A DNA stretch of 64,000 nucleotides from Eledone cirrhosa (GCA_964016885.1 OZ024766.1:4650001-4714000), one strand, 5' to 3'; positions 22,278 to 35,507 are shown, counted from the stretch's first letter. Numbers and translations: made by a program. The notes: generated by a model not told the origin, from the letters alone.

Positions 22278-24090
22278 CCACCACCACCCGCTGTCACCAT
22301 CACCACTCCAACCACCACCACCACCACCCACCACCCACCATCACCATCACCACTACAACCACCACCACCACCACTATCTCCACCACCACCACCCGCCGTC
22401 ACCATCACCACTCCAACCACCACCACCACCCACCATCACCACTACAACCACCACCACCACCACCACAACCACCACCACCACCACCCGCTGTCACCATCAC
22501 CACTCCAACCACCACCACCATCATCACCATCACCATCACCATCACCACCACCACCACCACCTCCACCACCACCACCCGCCATCACTATCACCACTACAGC
22601 CACCACCACCACCACCACTATCTCCACCACCACTACAACCACCACCACCCGCCATCACCACCACCACCACCACCACCACCACCACCACTACCTCCACCAC
22701 CACCACCAACTACCTCCACCACCTCCACCACAATAACATACCGCAGCGATGATGAAGGTGGTGGTAGTGGTGGTAGTTTTGTTGTTGGCGGCGGTGGATG
22801 GTAGTGGAGATAGTGGTGGTAGTGGTGGTGGTAGTGGTGGTAGTGGTGGTGGTGGTGGTGGTAGTGGTGGTGGTGGTGGTGGAGATAGTGGTGGTGGAGA
22901 TATAGTGGTGGTGGTGGTGGTGGTGGTGGTAGAGATAGTGGTGGTGGTGGTGGTGGTGGTAGATATAGTGGTGGTGGTGGTGGTGGTGGTAGATATAGTG
23001 GTGGTGGTGGTGGTGGTGGTAGATATAGTGGTGGTGGTAGATATAGTGGTGGTGGTGGTGGTGGTGGATATAGTGGTGGTGGTGGTGGTAGATATAGTGG
23101 TGGTGGTGGTGGTAGTGGTAGATATAGTGGTGGTGGTGGTGGTGGTGGTGGTGGTAGATATAGTGGTGGTGGTGGTGGTAGTGGTGATAGATGTGGTGGT
23201 GGTGGTGGTGATAGATATAGTGGTGGTGGTGGTGGTGGTAGATATAGTGGTGGTGGTGGTGGTGGTAGATATAGTGGTGGTGGTGGTGGTGGTGGTGGTA
23301 GTGGTGGTGGTGGTGGTGGTGGTAGATATAGTGGTGGTGGTGGTGGTAGATATAGTGATGGTGGTGGTGGTGGTAGATGTAGTGGTGGTGGTGGTGTTTC
23401 ATGAAATCTGAAGATCGAAGCTGATAATGATGGTTAAGAGATCAGTGTTTCATGAAAACTGCCTCCATATCAGATTTCGTGTGAGGGGGTCCTGTACCGC
23501 CTTTCTCTACTCCAACGCCAGATGGGGTTGTTGTTGTTGGCGCTGATGGTGGTGGTGCTGGTGGTTTGTTATGGCATATATATATTATACATACACATAA
23601 ACACACAAACACACACACATAAACACACACACAAACACACAAACACACACCCACAAACACACAAACACACACACACACACACACATAAACAAACACACAG
23701 ACAAACACACACACACAAACACACACACACAAACACACATACACAAAAACACACACACACAAACACACACAAACACACACACACAAACACACACACACAA
23801 ACACACATACACAAAAACACACACACACAAACACACACAAACACACAAACACACACACAAACAAACAAACAAACACACACACACAAACACACACAAACGC
23901 AAACACACATACACACACACACACACAAACACACAAACACACACAAACACACACACAAACACACACACATAAACAAACACACACACACACACAAACAAAC
24001 ACACACACACAAACACACATAAACAAACACACACACAAACACACACACACACATAAAAACACACACATACATAAACACACACACAAACAA

Positions 24091-24121
<31 letters not shown>

Positions 24122-24234
24122 CACACACAAACAAACACAAACACACACACACAAACACAAACACACACACAAACACAAACAAACACAAACACACACAAAC
24201 ACACACAGACACACACACAAACACACACACACAT
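22278..24234. repeat. (CAC)n, (GTG)n with AGATATA spacer, and (CA/CAAA)n repeats
   Basis: Direct inspection. Confidence 0.92.
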
Positions 24235-24249
24235 GTATATTTGAAGAAA

Positions 24250-24450
24250 TAATTATTTCTACTTTTGGCACAAGGCCAGCAGATACCCCAGTGTATTACT
24301 GGTTCTTTATTTCATCGACAACTCCCCCCCCCCCGTCAGGATGAAAGGCAAAGTCAACCTCGGCGGGATTTGAACTCAGATCGTAAAGGGACGTAACTCT
24401 ATACTTCAAAGCATGGCGTCCGACCCTCTACCGATACTGCCAATCCACTA
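24250..24450 (-). mobile_element. Meta-domain-like tRNA SINE
   Basis: Homologous to 31191-31362 and 9023-9157. Confidence 0.75.
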
Positions 24451-24563
24451 ATAAAGTGCGGGACTGCGTCCATAATATATAAAGTGCAGGACTGCGTCCA
24501 GAATATATAAAGTGCGGGACTACGTCCAGAATATATAAAGTGCGGGACTGCGTCCAGAATATA
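24450..24563 (+). repeat. ~29-bp minisatellite, 4 copies
   Basis: tataaagtgcgggactgcgtccagaata repeated. Confidence 0.85.
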
Positions 24564-25168
24564 TTTTTTTTATTTGGGACCCTAGAGTATTAGGAAAGTC
24601 ATGAAGGAACAAATTCAGGTGTGCCTCACTATTTAATATGTCTCAAAGAAATTTTATGTACAAAGGGAAATAAATTTGTCGGAAACTAGGCAAACACGAT
24701 TTACTTCCCTTTATATTTGGTCAGATCAGAATTACTTTAGGTGGAGTTTAAGGTGGTTGAGCTAATTGCTAAAAATAACAGCCAGTGAAAATAACACTGA
24801 TGTGTGAGAGAAAATGCTAGAACAAGTAGCTAAACCTCCCTTAAAGCCCAATCACTCATGTAATGTAGTGTGGTATGCTGGAAATAGCAGTCAAAACTCC
24901 CTTACACATCTAACTCTCGCTTAGATGTTACACATTGCAGCCAAATTCCTGTGTAAATATATATATATATATAAATTAATAAAAATAATGAATAAAAACA
25001 AAGAAACAGTTCCTTTCCTTAAAAAATTCATAATTTTACGATCGTTTCTAGGATGTATATGTGTGTGTTGGTATGTATATTATATAGATCCATGTAAAAT
25101 TTTTACAAACTATCAGAGGGAATATACATACCTTCACATATATATGCTGTCTTCAGAAATAATTTATC

Positions 25169-25215
<47 letters not shown>

Positions 25216-25365
25216 TATTTCCGTATCGAGAAAGAGAAAAAAAGGGGAGGATAGGTGATACATATAGTTATTTGCCAAGTAGCGTGTGTTCGATACTAGT
25301 GCCGGCAGTATTAAATATTTGAAGTGTTAATATTTAGTGGGCTAGAGAGTTAGCAGAGCGTAAGC

Positions 25366-25570
25366 ACGTGGGAAAGTAAAGAATTGGAGAATAGACCGTT
25401 AAAACATGTTTATTTAAAACAGCACCTACGTACGTTTCACCCAGTTGGGCTTCTCAAGGGCATAAATAATTTATGCCCTTGAGAAGCCCGACTGGGCGAA
25501 ACGTACGTAGGTGCTGTTTTAAATAAACATGTTTTAACGGTCTTTTCTCCGATTCTTTACTTTCCCACGT
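25366..25570. ncRNA. Palindromic element carrying a U3-A8 variant hammerhead on each arm
   Basis: gccc-TTGAGAA-GCCC gact GGGC-GAA-ACGTACGT-A-ggtgc at 25475-25514; ~100-bp arms. Confidence 0.7.
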
Positions 25571-25749
25571 ATATATATATATATATATAAGCAAAAGAGA
25601 TATTTAATATGTTGGTAATTCAACAAATATATATGTTTATAACTGATTCGAAGCACTCGACAAGTTTTCTGGAGTATAATATCAATGATATTAAATAAAT
25701 GGAAACTATATTTATGAAACCATATTTATTCTATTATATATATTTGATA

Positions 25750-25990
25750 TTTGAGACTCAGATTTGCTGGCCACTGTTGGCGCAGCAAGGAAGAAATAGC
25801 AGGCGATGTGTTGTTATGGAGTCCATCTCATGGAGCAAGACACGCTGGTCGTCCCAAGAAGACATACGTCAAGCAACTTGAGGACGATACTGGATGCACT
25901 GCGGAAGAACTGGCAAACGCTATGAGAGACATAGATGGATGGAGGAAGCGTGTCGTAGAAAGCCGAGCAAGCTCGACCTGATGATGATGA
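25750..25990 (+). mobile_element. RTE-type LINE 3' end, second family
   Basis: RLRFAGHCWR...LLW...GRPKKTY...DIDGW; (TGA)n tail. Confidence 0.88.
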
Positions 25991-26211
25991 TATATATATT
26001 TCAAGGGTACCAAGATTTTGGTACGCTATCATGAGATAAAATACAAAATGTTTTATAAATATTTGACATATCCAAGGATAATATACCTTAATTCTTCAAG
26101 TTATCCCTGGAATAACTTGAACCATTAAGGTATATTATCCTTGGTTATCCTCTAATGACGCTATATTAAGAGGGTAGCTGCCCCAATGACGCTATAAAGT
26201 GAGGGGACAGC

Positions 26212-27336
26212 TACCCTCTCAATATAGCGTCATTGGGGCAGCTACCTTCTAAATATAGTGTCGTTAGAGGACAGCTACCCTCATTATATATAGTCATGAC
26301 GGGACCGCTACCCTTTTGTGTAGCGTCATTAGAGGACAGCTACCCTTTGTCTCTCTCTCTCTGTGCTCCGGTCTTTGTTTACGTTGCGTAAATTTGCGGT
26401 TCGACAACAAGTGATCGATGAAATAAAACTGGGATTGATTTGATTGACTAAATCTCTTTCTGTGTGTATAGTGTGTGTATATATATATGTGTGTATATAT
26501 ATACATGTATATGAATTGAGTGTACGTGAATGAGTGTACGTGAATGTGTGTACATGTGTGTGTATTAATATGTGTGCGGAAGCGTGTGTCTTTTTAATAG
26601 TTTTCAATAAACTTTGAGCTCCACATTTTTATAAATATTGTAAATAAAAGAGAGATTATGTTAAAAGAATATTAAAACCTTTGTAAACATATATAAATAT
26701 GTGTGTGTTTATTTGTAGACGTGTGTTTATGTCTTTCAACGTGTGTATGTGTGTGAGCGTACGCGCGCGCGTGTGTGTGTGTGGTAGTGTGTTTACATTT
26801 GACTAAAATAAACTTTGAACCCCAGGATATTTTAACTACTTCAACAAGAAAGAGAATTGATTGAAATATGTTTAAAAAGTGTCCATATTTATAAAAAGAA
26901 AAGTTGTTATAATAGTTTATTACCCATGATGCTCTAGTAGAAGGAATGACCAGGTTAGCGACATCAGTTCCTGAGAAAATGTTTTGGGGAAATCTCAAGA
27001 ACGATAACTCTGTCTGGCTTTAATCGCAAAAATCGGTGCAAAAAATGTTTTTGTTTTTGGAAAACTTTCTCAATAACTTTGAGAGAGTTTGGCTGCTATT
27101 TTTAGTATTTTATGAGGTGTCAGTGATTGGGATTTGGTTGTTATTTATGAATTTAATTCAAGGATATCTATTTTGTTTATTAAAAATATTTAAAATAAAC
27201 ATGAGGCTCAAAAAGACACACATTATACATACCAATTCTTGACTCTATTTTAGTAATGAATATATATATATATTGTTATACTTGGGGAGGGTCATATTGT
27301 TGTAATAATATTGTCAGAAATAATAACAGAACACAC
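26212..27336 (+). repeat. Copy 1 of a ~1.1-kb direct duplication
   Basis: Colinear with 28801-29949 (offset ~2.59 kb), high identity by eye. Confidence 0.9.
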
Positions 27337-27631
27337 TTACTGTTTGGTTGGTTTTAAGCTTCTGTATCTTTTATATCTCCACTTCATTTGTTCCTCAAAA
27401 ACCTCGCAAACCAAATTCATCGCCGTCAATATATATATATAATTGGAAATCAGTAAAATCGAATCTCTGGCGGTTTGCAAGTAAATTCGGCCTACTTATA
27501 TGAAGTGATGAGTTAGCAAAGCATTCGATAAGATAGGTCTCAGAGTTATAACATACGTTTAAATAGCTTGATAAATCGAACATTGTGGTAGGCTAAACTA
27601 ACACACAATACATACCAAAGTAACGAAAAAA

Positions 27632-27675
<44 letters not shown>

Positions 27676-27681
<6 letters not shown>

Positions 27682-27958
27682 AGTATGTATGTATACGTAC
27701 ATACATATATAGAGAGAGACGTACAGCAGTATGTATATATATAAATACATGCACACATATATATATATGCACGTATCGGTTTACCGAACATTTACCATAA
27801 TGCTCGGTTTGTTTGTTTGTAAACAAATAAATAAAACGAGCATTGTGGTAAATGTTCGGTAAACCGATACGTGCATGTATGTATATATATACATACTGCT
27901 ATACGTCTGTATATATATATATGTATGTATGTACGTATACATACATACATACTTGCAT
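27676..27958. repeat. Long palindrome including mirrored microsatellite
   Basis: atgcacgtatcggtttaccgaacatttacca...tggtaaatgttcggtaaaccgatacgtgcat. Confidence 0.85.
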
Positions 27959-28159
27959 TTAAGTAAGTGCCGTAATAAGAGTGAGAAATGAAATTTCGTT
28001 TCATTCTATTCCATTTATATATATATATATATATTTATTAAAATAACAGATTAAAGTTTAAGCAAAGAATCGCTGCTTTCACCTTAAATATATATTGAGT
28101 ACCTTACTGTAGTTACCCCCGATTGGAGCCCACCCTTCCACACACACAAATATAAAGTG

Positions 28160-29047
28160 ATTTAGTCAATCAGATCAATTCCCGTCGAATTTACGCAACG
28201 TAAACAAAGACCGGGATACAGAGAGAAATAGAGACATAGAGATATATATATATAGAGAGAGAGAGAGGGGGGGGGGGGCAAACAGGGGTATCTGTCCCGC
28301 AATGACGTTATATAGTGGTTATAGATGTCCTCTAACGAAGCGATATTAAGGGGGTAGCAGCCCCAATAACGCTATATAGTGTTGGGGCAGCTACCCTCTC
28401 AATATAGCGTCGTTGGGACAGCTACCCTCTCAATATAGCGTCATTAGAGCAGCTACCCTCTCAACATAGCGTCATTGGGGCAGCTACCCTCTTAATATAT
28501 CGTCATTGGGGCAGCTTACCCTCTCAATATAGCGTCATTGTGGCAGCTACCCTCTCAATATAGCGTCATTGGGGCAGCTAGCCTCTCAATATAGCATCAT
28601 TGGGGCAGCTACCCTCTCAATATAGAGTCACTGGGGCAGCTACCCTCTTAATATAGCGTCATTGGGGCAGATACCCTCTTAATATAGCGTTACTGGGGCA
28701 GCTACCGCCTCAATATAGCGTCATTGGGGCAGCTACCGCCTCAATATAGCATCATTGGGGTTGCTACCACCTCAATATAGAGTCACTGGGGCAGCTTACC
28801 ATCTCAATATAGCGTCATTGAGGCAGCTACCTTCTAAATATAGTGTCGTTAGAGGACAACTACCCTCATTATATATAGTCATTACGGGACCGCTACCCTT
28901 TTGTGTAGCGTCATTAGAGGACAGCTACCCTTTGTCTCTCTCTCTCTCTCTCTCTGTGCTCCGGTCTTTGTTTACGTTGCGTACATTTGCGGTTCGACAA
29001 CAAGTGATCGATGAAATAAAACTGGGATTGATTTGATTGACTAAATC
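28160..29047. mobile_element. Inverted-repeat (MITE-like) element enclosing a ~30-bp minisatellite
   Basis: atttagtcaatc...tacgcaacgtaaacaaagaccgg mirrors 28960-29047; internal unit atatagcgtcattggggcagctaccctctca, roughly 20 copies. Confidence 0.72.
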
Positions 29048-29949
29048 TCTTTCCGTGTGTATAGTGTGTGTATATATATGTGTGTGTGTGAGTGTGTGTA
29101 TATATATACATGTATATGAATTGAGTGTACGTGAATGTGTGTACATGTGTGTGTATTAATGTGTGCGTGAGCGTGTGTCTTTTTAATAGTTTTCAATAAA
29201 CTTTGAGCTCCACATTTTTATAAATATTGTAAATAAAAGAGAGATTATGGTAAAAGAATATTAAAACCTTTGTAAACATATATAAATATGTGTGTGTTTA
29301 TTTGTAGACGTGTGTTTATGTCTTTCAACGTGTGTATGTGTGTGAGCGTACGCGCGCGTGCGTGTGTGTGTGATAGTGTGTTTACATTTAACTAAAATAA
29401 ACTTTCAACCCCAGGATATTTTAACTACTTCAACAAGAAAGAGAATTGATTGAAATATGTTTAAAAAGTGTCCATATTTATAAAAAAAAAGTTGTTATAA
29501 TAGTTTATTACCCATGATGCTCTAGTAGAAGGAATGACCAGGTTAGCGACATCAGTTCCAGAGAAAATGTTTTGGGGAAATCTCAAGAACGATAACTCTG
29601 TCTGGCTTTAATCGCAAAAATCGGTGCAAAAAATGTTTTTGTTTTGGGAAAACTTTCTCTATAACTTTGAGAGAGTTTGGCTGCTATTTTTAGTATTTTC
29701 TGAGGTGTCAGTGTTTGGGACTTCGTTGTTATTTATGAATTTAATTCAAGGATTATTTATTTTGTTTATTAAAAATATTTAAAATAAACGTGGGGCTCAA
29801 AAAGACACCTTAAAAAGACATCCATTATACATACATGTGCTTTCAACCAATTTTTTACTCTATTTTAGTAATAAATATGTATATATTGTTATACTTGGGG
29901 AGGGTCATATTGTTGTAATAATATTGTCAGAAATAATAACAGAACACAC
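28801..29949 (+). repeat. Copy 2 of the ~1.1-kb direct duplication
   Basis: See 26212-27336. Confidence 0.9.
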
Positions 29950-30012
29950 GCACTTTCTCTATAACTTTGAGAGAGTTTGGCTGCTATTTTTAGTATTTTC
30001 TGAGGTGTCAGT

Positions 30013-30148
30013 GTTTGCGGCTGAGGGACCACTTAGACTGGGGTGAAGTATCTGTCCCTCCCCCGACTTCTTACTTCTTTTTTTCTTCTCCTTTTCATTT
30101 TCTTTTCTCTTCTTGCTTATCTCTGCTATACCACGGCATCAAAAACAT
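30013..30148 (+). repeat. Dispersed repeat fragment
   Basis: Near-identical to 40957-41090. Confidence 0.8.
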
Positions 30149-30367
30149 ATATGATATATGTATGTATGGTATAGGTGTATTTATATTTAGGATAGTTATC
30201 GAAGGTAAATAGACTGGTTGGAGCAATAACAGTCTTGTTTATGTATATACATATATATATATGTTTGTGCTTGTATTTCCATAGAAAAGGTAAAGAAAAG
30301 AAGAGTGCTCTATGTATTGTACAGAGCTATTTAATTACATAATAAACAACAGAATATAATTATTCCA

Positions 30368-32727
30368 TGCAAATAAACAACAGAATGGAAAACATTCAGA
30401 CAGAGAAGAATGGATAAAGAGCGTCGTAAGAGAAATTGGCCAGCAATTAATATTAATGGAAATGTAGAAGAATTTCATATTAGTGATATGAATGTTTCGT
30501 GTGATCACTGTGGAGCTTTGAAATTTAGAAATGAAAATTGTAACTGTTGTAATAAAGGAAAGGTTGTGTTGCCTCCATTGCAAATATACCCTGAGAGACT
30601 GAGGAGGGGATGGTGGCCGACAGGGCAGTAATGCGGCACGGTGAGGCATGACGATGAAGTGGGACGACGGCGTGCAGGGAAGGGAGAGGGCAGGGGTTGA
30701 CGGTGGCAGGGATTGACGGTGGCAGGGATGCGGCTTGGTCAGGCCTGGAAGTCTTGAGCACTCCCAGAGTGTAGGCAATGGAATGGGCAGGGGGTGGACG
30801 GTGGCAGGGATTCGGCATGTTGAGCCGTGGCAGTCCTTAGGGACCACGGAGGGCAGGCAATGGAAAGGGCCGGGGAATGAATTGCAGCCGACAATGTAGA
30901 GATGCGCATGGTGATGCACAACGATGCAGTAGGTCGACGGCGTGCAGGGATGGGAGAGGGCAGAGTTTGACGGATTGATTTCACAGAAACATCTACATTT
31001 ATTTCACTTCATTTGGTGTTAAACTTGCCTTACCACCCGGCAGAGGCCCGTATAGCTTTCATATTCAGGGTCAAACATATCACTACACCCCCATCTCTGT
31101 AACCTGCAGAAAATACACCACAATATGGCCAGTTATATATTATTGATGGGAATGAAGCTGTGTAGCACAGATTGGAAGTACGACCAAATAATTGTTTCTG
31201 GCACAAGGCCAGCAATTACTGGTACTTTATTCTATCGACCTCATAAGGATGAAAACAAAGTCAACCTTGGAGGGATTTGAACCCAGAACGTAAAGGGCCA
31301 TAACCCTATGCTGCAAAGCATGGTGTCTGACGCTCTACCGATACTGCCAATCCACCGCCCTAGTACCAACAAATAATGACTGCTCACCACAAAAAATGAC
31401 TATGATAAGAGAGGTGTTGCATGAATGTAATCCATATGTCGAAGTGTACAATACAATGCATGGCATCAAACAGCAAAGTGCAAGAAGAGAAAATTGTCGT
31501 GTACAGAACTGTGAATTAAGATTTAGAAGAGGATCAGATATGAGCTGCTATAATTTACCAACTAGTAATGATAGCTGTTGTTTTGTGGGGGATTGAGGGC
31601 ACACCACCTGTACAAAGAGATATTATCATCTTTCCTAAAGACCATCCTCCTCAGAAAATACCACATAATTCATGCCACTTGGACCTCATGACCGACCCAT
31701 AATGGTGAATTTTGGTGGCATAGTGACATGGAGAGGAATGCAGGACCTGTGTTTGCAATAGACTGACAATGCAGGATTATTACATATACTGTATAGCATA
31801 TAGAGGCGGATTTAGTGCGATATATAGGGCAGGTAAATTATTTTAGCAGTATTTAGTGGAAGCCTATATGAAAGTAGAGGGATGCAGGCTTCAATATTTG
31901 AGGAACAATCAAGCCCAATTGTGAGTGGATGAGTATAATGGTTTAATGAATTATCTAAACAGATGAAATATTGTGCACATATTAATGTTGAAGTTTGCCC
32001 TTCTGTAAAAAGTGTCAAGTACCTCTTTAAATATGTTACATGGGGCATGATTGTACATCTATAGAAGTAACGAATAATGCATTACCTAATGAGGCTCAGA
32101 ACCAACACAACCATGATGAAATAAGAACCTATCTTTGTTGCAGGTATGTGTCTCAGCCAGAAGCAGTGTCGTGTCTCTCGGAATTTAAGCTTCATGGTAC
32201 ATCACATACAGTATACAGCCTAGCCACACACCTGGAGAACAAACAGAGTTTACTTTCAAAGAGGCAATGCTCAGGTTGCGGTAGAAATGCAGGGACCCTT
32301 GCTGCCTGGTTCAAGCTAAATGAACTTCTGAACTTGCTTACCTTCTGGGATGCCGCCTCACAAACTCTAATTAAAAGCAGGATCAATAATAATGCTTCTA
32401 TGGAATATTTCAATCCAGAACAGATTATGTAATGGCACAAGATTAGAAGTAGTGGAACTGCATAAACATTTTATCGAAGCTTCTCATATCTATGGTCCTT
32501 TGATGGGCAGGTGTGTTTTGATCCCAAGACTGAAGTTAGCCCCCAGTGGTGCCAACATCCCTTTTACTTTGGAAAGACCCCAGTTTCCATTAAGACTGTC
32601 ATATGCCATGACAATCAACAAGAACCATGGTCAAATACATGATAAAGTGGGTCTGTTCCTCCCTGAGCAAGTATTTAACCCTGGACAATTGTATGTTGCT
32701 TTTTCAAGAGTTCACAGACAGATGTAA
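30368..32727 (+). pseudogene. Decayed Helitron Rep-Helicase
   Basis: CDHCGA..CCNKGKVVLPPL, FHIQGQTYH, QYGQLYIID, NPYV, YNLPT, GKLF*QYLVEAY, HINVEVC..KYLFKY (Y2 Rep motif), RYVS.PEA, LCNGTRL, QFPLRLSYAMTINK, GQLYVAFSRV (Pif1-like); stops, frameshifts, large deletions. Confidence 0.93.
31191..31369 (-). mobile_element. Meta-domain-like SINE inserted in the Helitron
   Basis: Flanked by CAAATAAT direct repeats (TSD); removal restores ...VRPNNDCSPQKM... Confidence 0.8.
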
Positions 32728-33088
32728 ACACTCGTACAACTGTTAGCCCACCCCCAGCACCACCCAACCTCCGTTCTAGTCCCACTGTTAGAACCAATGT
32801 TGCTTACCCTGCCTCTTTTACTAGTTCACTCCCTCGCTCGAATTTCAAAGTTGGCCCTCTACAGTTGGTCGTTGCCAGCTCACCCCCTGGTTGTGCTCTC
32901 TGTGTCCGCACTAGCCGGTACCTAAACACAATAAAATGTCACCTGTGCTACCAAAACTACCACAGGAACTGTGTCGGCATCAGCAAGGCTCAAGCCGAAA
33001 GGCTTCAATACTAGACCTGTAATGAGGGCCACTTTAGCTCCGACGACCAGCTCTCTACCGAGTGTGTGTTGATGGAGGGGACATGAGA
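32721..33088 (+). pseudogene. Pro/Ser-rich linker plus degenerate PHD finger
   Basis: CALC-x11-CHLC-x4-HRNC-x13-*TCNEG (TAG where W is expected, last Cys lost). Confidence 0.7.
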
Positions 33089-33524
33089 CCAGCAAAGTCC
33101 TAGGAGTAGAGACTAGTAAATAATATACGGTCCTAGCTATGTTAAGAATATATATAAGAAACATGTTCTATACATTTAAGAAGACAAGAGAAATAAATAT
33201 TTACCTCTTTCATGTAGGTAATATAGCGGTGTTATAAAACTAATTATACGACAGGTATAACAGTCGGATAAAACTAATTATACGACCGGTGTAACAGTGG
33301 GTATAAATGAAAGATGTAGAAATAAAAGTTTTAACAATGACATGAATAAAGATACAGTAATTTAATATGACCAAGAATAAATATTTAATGTAATTAAATG
33401 TAATTTAATAATTATAAATAAATAAAAGAGTAAATTGCTTAGGTAAAAGAAAAAAACAAAATGAAGAAACAGAAAATTTGGTTTGTCTTTATAAACCTTA
33501 TTTTAAGCGCGATTTTCCTTTCAA

Positions 33525-33840
33525 TGCCGTAGCTTAGTTAGTAGCAGCTCCGCTTACTAACTTTAGGGCTATAACGTTACATGGTTCGAATCTTACACTC
33601 TTCTCTATAGTGCCACACGAGTTATCTCCTAGTCTTTTTATTTAGTTTCACTGTTTAGTGAAAGAGGGCGCTACGAACAGTTACTTATGTAGACGGGTGG
33701 TTAGCGACTCGGCTTACTAACATTAGCATCATGACGTTACGTGGGTTCGAACCCTGCCGGCGCCTCAATTTTTCAAATAGAGTTATCCCCCATGGTTCTT
33801 TAGAGTTTCATTGTTTACTCGAAAGATGGCACGGCGATCA
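33525..33840 (+). pseudogene. Two tandem tRNA-like pseudo-heads (possibly Ser type, long variable arm)
   Basis: A-box-like gggtggttagc, cttactaa loop, B boxes ggttcgaatc and ggttcgaacc, each followed by gagttatc..agtttca..gaaaga. Confidence 0.5.
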
Positions 33841-33929
33841 ACTTTTACGAGGAGTAGTAAGAGACAATAATGCACGGAAGGAGGAGAAATAGAGAGAGAT
33901 AGAAAGACAAATATGAGTCACACACTCAA

Positions 33930-34600
33930 TTCTTTCACCCTCTCTTTACTTCTATTACTCTATCTACCTCTTATTTCTCACCGTCTTTACTTCTTTTACT
34001 CTATCTACCTCTTATTTCTCACCGTCTTTACTTCTTTTACTCTATCTACCTCTCTTTGCTTCTTTTACTCTATCTACCTCTAATTTCTCACCGTCTTTAC
34101 TTCTATTACTCTATCTACCTCTTATTTCTCACCCTCTTTGCTTCTTTTACTCTATCTACCTCTAATTTCTCACCGTCTTTACTTCTATTACTCTATCTAC
34201 CTCTTATTTCTCACCCTCTTTGCTTCTTTTACTCTATCTACCTCTAATTTCTCACCGTCTTTACTTCTATTACTCTATCTACCTCTTATTTCTCACCCTC
34301 TTTGCTTCTTTTACTCTATCTACCTCTTATTTCTCACCGTCTTTGCTTCTTTTACTCTATCTACTTCTTATTTCACCGTCTTTACTGCTATTACTCTATC
34401 TACCTCTACTTTCTCACCCTCTTTTCTTCTATTACACTTTCTTCCTCGTATTTTTCACCCTCTCTTTACTTCTATTACTCTATCTACCTCTACTTTCTCA
34501 CCCTCTCTTTTCTTCTATTACACTTTCTTCCTCGTATTTCTCACCCTCTCTTTACTTTTATTACTCTATCTATCTCTTATTTCTCACCCTCTCTTTACTT
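33930..34600 (+). repeat. 41-bp pyrimidine-rich minisatellite with 82-bp dimer pattern
   Basis: ttctcaccgtctttacttctattactctatctacctcttat repeated. Confidence 0.9.
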
Positions 34601-34772
34601 ATGACAGAGTGATAGATTTGGCTGTTATTTTTAACATTTTCTAATCATGAGAGAGAGAGTATAAGATATAGAGAGAGGGGGAAATCGCCGATGTTTACGT
34701 TGAGAAAACCTAATAAAATGTTATAAATGGGTTTATAAAGAACAAAATGAGATAAACAAGACAAAGTTAGAT

Positions 34773-35235
34773 AAAACGTAAACAAACTTCTCGTAGTTGC
34801 TGCCAGATACACGATAACATGTGTATACGAAGTGTATCTGGAAGTTTGGTCGTATTATATCACTTTCAAATTGACCCCTATTATATTCAAATTATCCCCT
34901 GTGGGGCGTGCACCCCACGTTGAGAATCCCTCCTAAATAAATATATGTGAGTGTGTTGCTATGACTGCTATTTCTAGCAGGTTTACTGCAGTCCTGTAGA
35001 CGCACAACAAAAACCGGAAGTGGCAGCCATTAAAAAACTTTGGCTTAAAACCAGGCAAAAGTTTTTTAACAATTTGCCAAGAAAGATAACTCTTGTCTTA
35101 CTTAATCGCAAAAATCGAGACAAAAATTTTGCGGGTGTGCAGTTTGTTTGGTCGTATTTGACTGCTATTTCTAGCATATATGGACACTAGAAATAGCAGC
35201 GAAACACGGGAAACAGAAGAAAGAAGGACACACAC
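34773..35235 (+). repeat. ~460-bp composite repeat, inverted partner of 38535-38981
   Basis: Reverse complementary apart from a ~24-bp indel; includes hAT-like end ccccacgttgagaatccct. Confidence 0.88.
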
Positions 35236-35242
35236 CTATATA

Positions 35243-35322
<80 letters not shown>

Positions 35323-35474
35323 CATATACAGTATATATATATACATATATATACATATACAGTATATATATATATACATATATATACATATACAGTATAT
35401 ATATATATACATATATATACATATACAGTATATATATATATACATATACAGTATATATATATATACATATACAG

Positions 35475-35507
<33 letters not shown>

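Noticed and set aside
32728-34935. Helitron 3' hairpin plus CTRR terminus
   Set aside because: Hairpin at 34901-34918 is not followed by CTAG and resembles a hAT end; element boundary undetermined
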